In this document: one piece after another, positions 56,998-64,000 of the stretch
Layout of the letters: every line of letters starts with the position of its first letter
Position numbering within the stretch: position 1 is the stretch's first letter
NCBI GenBank assembly: GCA_963731025.1
Contig: CAVSVL010000042.1
Location: 9,576 to 73,575 of the forward strand
Length of the DNA: 64,000 nt
Origin: an uncultured delta proteobacterium
GTDB taxonomy: Bacteria > Desulfobacterota > Desulfobacteria > Desulfobacterales > UBA11574
Direction of reading: 5' to 3'
Program-made: the position numbers and the translations under genes
The notes under the pieces: model-generated
What the model was told of the DNA's origin: nothing
Databases searched by the model: none
The model's input: the letters and a program-made list of their open reading frames with translations, nothing else

Positions 56998-59025
56998 ATG
57001 AGTAAAGTACTAAAATGGGGGCTTATCATATGTGCAAGTTTGGTGGTGATCATCATTGCAGCCATTTTGATAATTCCAAGGGTTGTGAATGTTCAAAAAT
57101 ACAAACCCGAACTCGAGAAAAAAATCGCGGAAGCTTCCGGACGCCCTTTTTCTGTTAGTGATGATCTTCGTTTTTCTCTTTTTCCGTGGATCGGCTTCTC
57201 GTTCTCAGATCTTCATTTAGGCAATATAAAAGGATTTAAAGAAAAGGACTTTGTAAATGTAAAATCCTTTGAAGTCAGAATCAAACTGCTACCTCTTTTA
57301 TCTAAAGATGTCCAAGTTAAAAAATTCATCTTAAATGAACCCCGCATCGTTTTGGTAAAAAATAAAGATGGCCGCGTAAACTGGGAAATGCCCAAAAAAA
57401 CCTCCGAACCAAAGATGGACAAAAAAGCATCGGTTGGAAAAACTTCTGAAACCGGCCTACCGATTGGTGCTCTAAAGGTTGAAGAGTTTTCCGTAAAAAA
57501 TGGGACGGTTCTGTGGATTGACCATGCTACGGGTGCACGTAAGGAAATATCAGATATAAATCTAACCACGCAAGAGGTGTCGCTGGATCGCCCTGTGCAG
57601 CTTAAATTTTCAGCCGTTCTGGAAAAGCAACCGTTGTCAATAGAAGGTTCTGTGGGACCGGTGGATAAGGGTGTTAAAGAGGGATCCGTTTCAATGGATG
57701 TATCGTTAAAGGCTCTAAATGAGCTAACCATTCGGTTCAAGGGAGCTCTCGAAAATCTGGATGCGACCCCCGGCATTGAAATGGACATGGAGACCGCTGA
57801 ATTTTCACCCCGAAAAGTGGTGGCAGCTTTAGGCCGGACGTTTCCGATAACAACGACTGATCCTAAAGTCTTAAATCGGATGACCGTCAAATCCCATATC
57901 AAAGCAAATTCTAAAAATATATCGGTCTCCAACGGTGTCATGGATCTTGATGAATCCAAGCTGATTTTCTCGATTAAGGCATCTGATTTTTCCAAACCTT
58001 CAGTGAAATTTGATCTGAATCTTGATCAGATTGACCTGGATCGATATTTACCTCAAAAATCAGACAAGAAATCCTCCTCGGAGCAACCGAATCAAGAGAC
58101 GACATCTCAACAAGTGGAAAAGCGTAAAGAAGCTACGACCGGATCGACAAAAAAGACAGATTACACACCGTTGCGTCAGCTTATCCTTGATGGACAACTG
58201 AAAATCGGCAGGTTAATTGCAAGTAAAGCAAAAATTCAAGGTTTAATCCTGAAGATCGATGCAAAAAACGGGATATTCAACCTGAATCCCATAAAATTTA
58301 ACATGTATCAGGGAAATGTATCCGGCAAAGCGACGCTCGACGTAACCAAAGATGTCCCCAGGAACGATATAAGCCTGCTCGTCGACAAAGTTGAGGTTGG
58401 CCCTTTGCTGCGCGACGTTTTGGATAAGGACATTTTGGAAGGTGTCACCCATGCAGATGTGACGTTGTCCATGGCTGGCGATGATCCTGTGTTAATCAAA
58501 AAAACGTTGAATGGTAAAGGCGAATTATTGTTCAAAAACGGTGCCATCAAAGGAATCGATCTTGCCGGTATGATCCGAAATACACAAGCTGCGTTTGGTC
58601 TTGCAGAAAAAGCAGATCAGAAACCTCAGACGGATTTTGCAGAACTTAAAGCACCCTTCACCATAACCAAAGGGGTGGTGAATACGCCGCAAACAAGTCT
58701 TAAGTCACCTCTGTTGCGAGTCATCGCAAACGGAAATGCCGATCTTGTAAAGGAAACTTTAGATTTCCGAGTCGAGCCCACGGTCGTCGGCACTATCAAA
58801 GGACAGGGGGATGAAAAACAGCGTTCCGGAATTATGGTGCCGGTGTTGGTAACGGGAAATTTCTCTTCTCCAAAATTTAGGCCGGACCTTGAGAGCATTG
58901 CCAAACAACAGCTTCAAGAAAAAGTCTTAGAATCAAATGAGGTCAAAAAAATACTGGAAAAAGAGGAACTGAAACAACTTCAAGAAACCACTAAAGGCCT
59001 GCTAAAAGGCGTTTTTGGCCAGTAG
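56998..59025 (+). CDS. AsmA-family outer-membrane biogenesis protein
   Basis: 675 aa. N-terminal TM anchor, long beta-rich body, conserved C-terminal AsmA_2-like region (LNGKGELLFKNGAIKGIDL..., VPVLVTGNFSSPKFRPD). Confidence 0.85.
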   Translation: MSKVLKWGLIICASLVVIIIAAILIIPRVVNVQKYKPELEKKIAEASGRPFSVSDDLRFSLFPWIGFSFSDLHLGNIKGFKEKDFVNVKSFEVRIKLLPLLSKDVQVKKFILNEPRIVLVKNKDGRVNWEMPKKTSEPKMDKKASVGKTSETGLPIGALKVEEFSVKNGTVLWIDHATGARKEISDINLTTQEVSLDRPVQLKFSAVLEKQPLSIEGSVGPVDKGVKEGSVSMDVSLKALNELTIRFKGALENLDATPGIEMDMETAEFSPRKVVAALGRTFPITTTDPKVLNRMTVKSHIKANSKNISVSNGVMDLDESKLIFSIKASDFSKPSVKFDLNLDQIDLDRYLPQKSDKKSSSEQPNQETTSQQVEKRKEATTGSTKKTDYTPLRQLILDGQLKIGRLIASKAKIQGLILKIDAKNGIFNLNPIKFNMYQGNVSGKATLDVTKDVPRNDISLLVDKVEVGPLLRDVLDKDILEGVTHADVTLSMAGDDPVLIKKTLNGKGELLFKNGAIKGIDLAGMIRNTQAAFGLAEKADQKPQTDFAELKAPFTITKGVVNTPQTSLKSPLLRVIANGNADLVKETLDFRVEPTVVGTIKGQGDEKQRSGIMVPVLVTGNFSSPKFRPDLESIAKQQLQEKVLESNEVKKILEKEELKQLQETTKGLLKGVFGQ

Positions 59026-59122
59026 CCGAAATACGGTTAATATTGAATAAGAAAGTTATAGCGAGCGTCCTTAAAAATACATGGTTTCGTCATTTCAAAT
59101 CCACATTTTTCATCTTCAGATC

Positions 59123-59494
59123 CTATACGACAGCCACCTCAATCATCAAATTGCAATGCCCCCCAAGCCCTTTCCATAATTTAAAACTACAACAAACGGT
59201 TGAGGTATCTTCATCAAAATGGTGATCATACCCTTCGCATCCGTCATGTGCACATTCAACCCAGTCAACGTGTTCGCCTTGATGGGCGACTCGGCTAAAA
59301 TATCTATATGCTATGGGGTGTTTACCTTTTGGAAGTTCGCCACACACCCTGTAACAAAAGGCAGCGTCGCCAAGATCAGAATCGTATTCCGAACAATGCT
59401 CCCTGGATTTCTCGATTTGTGGCGCAGCGACCGTGCCGGTTATCAAATGTACTTTATCTCCAAAATTTTTGTTTTCTGCATATATGACAGGCAT
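59123..59494 (-). CDS. hypothetical Cys/His-rich protein
   Basis: 123 aa with AAAGGTGGTGAG upstream of ATG 59494. Many Cys/His (CSEY, FCYRVCG, ECAHDGCEGYDHH, CC, HC). No family recognised. Confidence 0.5.
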   Translation of the reverse strand: MPVIYAENKNFGDKVHLITGTVAAPQIEKSREHCSEYDSDLGDAAFCYRVCGELPKGKHPIAYRYFSRVAHQGEHVDWVECAHDGCEGYDHHFDEDTSTVCCSFKLWKGLGGHCNLMIEVAVV

Positions 59495-59543
59495 GTTCTC
59501 ACCACCTTTCTGTTCTCGGAATTCAACTTCCCGCTGATTGAAT

Positions 59544-59687
59544 ATGAACCTATCTCAAAAATAAGATTAGGGTTCAGGGCAAGGCGCGAAACGGTGAAAA
59601 AGCGGAGCATACACGCAGTATGTGAGCATTTTGAACCGGTTCGCAACACAGCCATGGGCACTTAGATTATTTTTGAGATAGGTTCAT
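59544..59687. repeat. 144-bp nested inverted repeat (long imperfect hairpin or small MITE)
   Basis: Perfect 21-bp arms ATGAACCTATCTCAAAAATAA (59544..59564) / TTATTTTTGAGATAGGTTCAT (59667..59687). Inner arms GCGAAACGGT/ACCGGTTCGC and CATAC/GTATG. Confidence 0.75.
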
Positions 59688-59864
59688 GTTATCTTTGTAT
59701 GTGCTCCTCTTCACTTCGGCGTCAAAACAATCGGGTCTGGTTTTTCATTGGTTCGAGTTATTAGAGTTGGAAGGTCGTCAATCCCCGAATCTTGCTTGAA
59801 ATGTGAAAGCCTCCGATTTGTTAAAGGTTGGGGTAGTAATAGAGACCGTATAATCGTTTAGTAA

Positions 59865-60095
59865 TCATTTTTTTGAGTTATGCAAGCGTCCCTGGTGATG
59901 ATCAAACGCTCGTGTGAGCACCACTGCGCACCCAGTAGATATGGAATAAAACGTATAGTAGTATCCCCTCGAAACCAGCCCGGAGAGAAAAAACATACTG
60001 ATATTTAATATAATCATCAGGTTATTGAACCGGGATGGATTCGCCCGGTATATCACCATATATTTTTCGTAGGACATTTCGATTTTAGAGGACAT
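59865..60095 (-). CDS. hypothetical small membrane protein
   Basis: 76 aa from ATG 60095 (GAGGA upstream). Two hydrophobic segments (LMIILNISMFFLSGLV, YTFYSISTGCAVVL). No recognisable family. Confidence 0.3.
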   Translation of the reverse strand: MSSKIEMSYEKYMVIYRANPSRFNNLMIILNISMFFLSGLVSRGYYYTFYSISTGCAVVLTRAFDHHQGRLHNSKK

Positions 60096-60223
60096 AACTT
60101 TATCCTCTTCATTGACAGTTCCTTCCAAGTTGAATAATAATTCGATATTATAATTATTTGTCGATAAGGTCTTTTAATCCTTACAATGTAAAACCAATTT
60201 TTATGAAAAATTAGGATTAACCT

Positions 60224-61372
60224 ATGAGCGGACATCGTAAGGAAGTTCTTGTCTTTAGCGAGCGATTCAACCGTCACAGTTATGGACCCAATCACCCCTT
60301 GAAGGTGGAAAGGCTCCGAATAACCATGGATTTGATCGAAGCCTACGGGTTATTCGATTCCCCCGAGAGTCCATGGGTGAAAGCCCGGGAGGCGGATGAA
60401 CAAGACGTGCGCCTGGTCCACACTTTAGAATACATAGAAATTCTCCGTCAGGCCAATACCGGCAAGGCACCGCCAACATCAGCAAACTATGGCTTGGGGA
60501 GCGGTGACAACCCGGTATTTAAAGGATTGTATGACTGGTCCCTGCTGGTCACCGGAGCGACGTTGGAATGCATTCGCCAGGTCAGATATGAGAATCGCCG
60601 GATCGCTTTCAATATTGCCGGTGGATTGCATCATGCGCTATCCGCCCGAGCCTCCGGGTTCTGTTACTTAAATGATCCGGCCATCGGAATCGCCCGAATG
60701 GTTCAGGATGGTTTGCGTGTTGTTTACCTGGATTTAGACGTCCATCACGGTGACGGCGTTGAAGCGGCTTTTTATAATACGGATCAGGTGTTGACCATCT
60801 CCATTCATCAAAACGGCCACACCCTTTTCCCGGGCACCGGATTTTCCGAAGAAATGGGGCAAGGGCCGGGCCGTGGTTTTGCCGTCAACCTTCCTCTGGC
60901 TCCCGGCACCGATGATGATCTGTATATCCGGGTGTTTAATGAAACGGTTCCACCCTTGGTGCGCGCCTTTGACCCCGATGTACTGGTCACCCAGCTTGGG
61001 GTGGACAGCTTTACCTCCGACCCTTTGGCTTCGCTGAACCTTACAAGCGAAGGTTTTTGCAAACTGATTCGAGAGATCAAGTCCTGGGGACTTTGTTGGG
61101 TGGCTTTGGGCGGCGGCGGATATGACATAATGAACGTTGCCCGGGCGTGGACCTCGTCCTGGGCGATAATGAAAGGGGTTGAGCTGTCCGATGACCTGCC
61201 GGACGACTTTGTCAGCAAACACCGACACTTGCTGGGGAAAAACCTGAAACTTTCGGAACAGACGCCGCTGATCCGTTCTGTCAGCCGGGAAAGCACTCAA
61301 CGGGCCCGCCAACAGGCCGACTCGGGTGTCGCCTGGATTAAGGAACATATTTTTCCGCTGGTGGGTGTCTGA
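60224..61372 (+). CDS. histone-deacetylase-family protein (AcuC/acetylpolyamine amidohydrolase-like)
   Basis: 382 aa. Motifs GGLHHA, YLDLDVHHGDG, HQNGHTLFPGTG, GGGGY. Confidence 0.9.
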   Translation: MSGHRKEVLVFSERFNRHSYGPNHPLKVERLRITMDLIEAYGLFDSPESPWVKAREADEQDVRLVHTLEYIEILRQANTGKAPPTSANYGLGSGDNPVFKGLYDWSLLVTGATLECIRQVRYENRRIAFNIAGGLHHALSARASGFCYLNDPAIGIARMVQDGLRVVYLDLDVHHGDGVEAAFYNTDQVLTISIHQNGHTLFPGTGFSEEMGQGPGRGFAVNLPLAPGTDDDLYIRVFNETVPPLVRAFDPDVLVTQLGVDSFTSDPLASLNLTSEGFCKLIREIKSWGLCWVALGGGGYDIMNVARAWTSSWAIMKGVELSDDLPDDFVSKHRHLLGKNLKLSEQTPLIRSVSRESTQRARQQADSGVAWIKEHIFPLVGV

Positions 61373-61467
61373 AACCGGAGCCACTTTCCAACAAAACGAA
61401 ATTTTGCCTTACAGGAGAACTTCGCAGTCGGTCGGCGTCCCGGTCATAACCTATTTCGACAGCCCCG

Positions 61468-63736
61468 TCAGTTGAAAAGCCGCCCAGTAAGGTGGGGGTA
61501 GCGTTTTTTAACCATCAACTGAGCCTCGCGGAGAGCCTTATCCTTTTCCATCCGGGGGAGCCTTTTGTAGAAACCGACCATGAGCTCTCGTGTTGCCTGG
61601 TCGTCTACCTTCCAGAGACTCGAGACGATGGATCGCGCTCCTGAGTAAAGAAATCCTCTGGTAAAGCCGATGACGTCGTCGCCTTTTGAAATGGCGCTCA
61701 GGGCCGTCTCGCAAGCGCTCAAAGTGATCAGGTCATTGTTCAACCGGAGTTGATAGAGATCCCCAGCCCGCAGAAGGCCTTGATCAATGCCGTTTCCGGC
61801 GAGGAGAAGGGCTGAATTGAGGGGGTTTTTCGGATCGAAGATGCCATGGGCTGCAAAATGAAGTATGCGGTAATGACTACCCTTTTCACGAATCACGCTT
61901 GCCCGGGCATTGTTCCTCAGCAGAACGGTCGCCTTCGGGATGATCTTGCCGAGAGACAGGGCCTCTTTTTCGGCGTATTTCAAATCATAAGCCGGGTTCT
62001 TCAGATCCGGGTTGCCCAGGATGAGGGCGGACTGCTTACGGCTCTTAGCCCTGTCCGTCAGGATACTGAGAATGCTTGCGCTGGGCAGGGTTCTCAGCTG
62101 ATAGCGGTCAATCAAAAAATCCTTTCCTGAGAGAGGGCGCCGAAGGGGAGATAATGGAGCATGCCGTGGGGCACAATAATCAGCTTGGGTTTGGTCAGTT
62201 GTCCGGCCACGGGGGCGAATAGCCGTTGGTAGAGTGCCCTTGCCTTGGAGGCATAATTTTCGGAACCGACACGGGTGAGCTTTTCCCTGAAATCCAAAAC
62301 ATCTTTTTCAAGTCCGGCCCCGTTAATGGCGGCTACCCGAATACTGTTGCGTTTAAGAACAAAAACAAACCAATCCCGTTCTGTGCTATAGTACTCCAGA
62401 ATGGCTTCATCCGAGCCCAGGCACGCCTGAATCGTTTTGATGTTCGTATCCGTTACCGTAGTAATTGAAGCCAGGTCCGGGTCCTTTGCCAGCAGTTCTT
62501 TTTTCAGCTTCACGACGATGCCCCGAGTCCCGTTGCTGTTGCTCTGAGCCGTTGGATCGGCGATTGCTGCATCCGCATTTTCGGCATGGGACAATCGGTC
62601 TAATGTCCGGTTGATGTCTGCAGGGTTTTTTCCACGGACGATAAGCTTTGTTTGGGATGCCAAAAGATCCACGAGGGCCCGACCTTTTGCCCGCTCAACA
62701 TATTCGAAGCTTCCGCCGCGCGATTGCCGGCACACAATAGGGAAATCAGTTCCTGGTAAACGGCCTGTTTGTCGCCGACGTAACCGATTCGACCGGTTTC
62801 CGTGTTAATGGACGCTCTTTGTTTTTCGATGACGTCAACAGCTTCTTTCAAAAGATTTTCGGCATGTTTTGCATCTCCGGCGCGACGGGCAATGCGTGCT
62901 CGGTCTAAAAGTATGGGCCAGAGAAGCCCCCCGATCTGACGGATCTGGGGATGATTGAGGAGCTGGTCATAGCCTTTTTTCGCCTCTTCCTCTCTACCTG
63001 TTTCGTAGAGACACTTGACGAGGATGAAATATTTGGGGATTTCCTGGAAGGTCTGATCGTAAAAAGCCGTATAAAGACCTAAGACTTTAGCTTTGGGGTT
63101 CCGGATCGCTGCCAGGGCGCTTCGGTAGTCTTTCTTGGCCATGTATATCTTGGCCTGAGCGATATACTTTTCCGGCCCAATGATTGCACCGACAGTTGTA
63201 ACATCCTCAATGGTCTTGAGATGTGCGTCGGCGTCATGTATGCGCCCGGTCAGGGCCGATGCGACCCCTGCAATGCAGGAGATGTCGATCAGCTGAATTC
63301 GATAGAACGTGTTGCCCTCCTTTGCGTCCCGGTTGAGCACGACAATGGCTTCCGACGCTTCCTTGAGCGCCTTGCCGAAAATTCCCTGGTCAAGATAGGC
63401 GTAGCCTCTCAATATTTGCGGATATACGGTAAGATTTCCTCCGTACCCGGCCACATCTCCCTTGGCGATCTGATGTTCCAGCAAACCGACCGTCCTGAAC
63501 ATTTTCTCATAATCACGGATTTCGTAGTACGCCGATGCGAGGAGGAACAAGCGGAAAGACGATATGGGTTCCTTACGGTCAACCATCGGTTGGAGGGTGC
63601 GAATCAGTTCGTGGTGTTGCTTCTTCTGCATGCGAGAGCTGATCTTGATATCTTCGATATTCGTTTTCATGTCTTTCATAAAACCCGCGCTGCAACCGCA
63701 AACAAGAAAAGCCAGTGCGGTTAAAAAGCATACCAT
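61468..63736 (-). pseudogene. TPR-repeat plus CHAT-domain lipoprotein gene split into three frames by two 1-nt deletions
   Basis: Three consecutive ORFs (62600..63736 TPR part with lipobox LVCGC, 62112..62735, 61468..62115 CHAT part with HFAAHG and LSACET). Joins read ..NRAAEA/FEYVERAKGRALVDLL (about 62708) and ..LPFGALS./GKDFLIDRYQL (about 62125). Total length is 3n-2. Confidence 0.8.
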
Positions 63737-64000
63737 CGTTTTTGTCCGTAAAAGGCCGCCTTTACTTTGCTCTCGATATGTTTATTTTGGATTATCATGC
63801 AGATTTTTCCTTTATAAATACCTTATGCTTGCCTTTTATCATTCCTATGAAAGCCTATGGGTTGCGGTAACAATCGAAGCTCAGATACCAAAGGCGAACC
63901 AGGTTGTCAATCGCCATTTTTTATCCTGTAAGAGCATAAGATATAAGGTTCATACAGATTGAAAAATAAGAAAGTTACGGGTTATGCCAAGGTTGGCAGG

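Noticed and set aside
59741-59770. GGTTCGAGT T-loop-like motif suggesting a tRNA.
   Set aside because: No cloverleaf can be drawn from the surrounding sequence.
61468-63736. TPR-CHAT protein as a Csx29-like protease of a type III-E CRISPR or another defence system.
   Set aside because: There are no CRISPR repeats, cas genes or effector partners anywhere in the window. The protein has a lipoprotein export signal, and the gene is frame-disrupted.
1-64000. CRISPR arrays, rRNA genes, prophage or conjugative modules.
   Set aside because: No short regularly spaced direct repeats, no rRNA-like conserved segments, and no integrase, capsid, terminase or relaxase ORFs were found on either strand.

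Overview
Bacterial chromosomal window with an AT-rich backbone (about 40% GC by eye) interrupted by visibly GC-richer blocks. The gene content suggests an anaerobe, plausibly a Desulfobacterales-type sulfate reducer (inference only): a QmoC-like HdrC/HdrE fusion, MetF fused to an MTHFR_C domain, a ferredoxin-thioredoxin-reductase-like protein, small ferredoxins and a quinol NO reductase. 0-20 kb holds redox and housekeeping genes: three tandem DHFR-like RibD_C paralogs, a VOC protein, Fe/Mn SOD, succinate-semialdehyde dehydrogenase, aconitase translationally coupled to an FTR-like gene, TrpRS, PilZ, an HD hydrolase, MTHFR and a CPA2 antiporter. It also holds several sub-60-codon Cys-rich ORFs below the ORF-track cutoff. 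20.7-29.0 kb is a run of ten co-directional genes forming a TetR-headed NO/oxidative-stress cluster (hemerythrin, ABM, DHOD-like flavoprotein, orphan QmoC-like membrane Fe-S protein, ferredoxin, qNOR, DUF488, two ferritin-like proteins), with an 18-bp palindrome present twice. 29.2-33.0 kb contains two group II introns that appear nested (twintron). 33-49 kb is an accessory mosaic of single genes or short operons of contrasting composition. They are separated by four non-coding repeat families (R1-R4, MITE-like), gene fragments, and a c-di-GMP-I riboswitch with its own promoter and terminator. 49.8-59 kb holds envelope genes (pqiABC, M48 protease, AsmA), an AKR, a glutaredoxin fusion and a second HD paralog. 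59-64 kb holds a 144-bp nested hairpin, an HDAC-family gene and a TPR-CHAT lipoprotein gene broken by two 1-nt deletions. No rRNA, tRNA or CRISPR array was found. Several reading-frame breaks sit in short homopolymers, so sequencing error versus real decay needs to be resolved.
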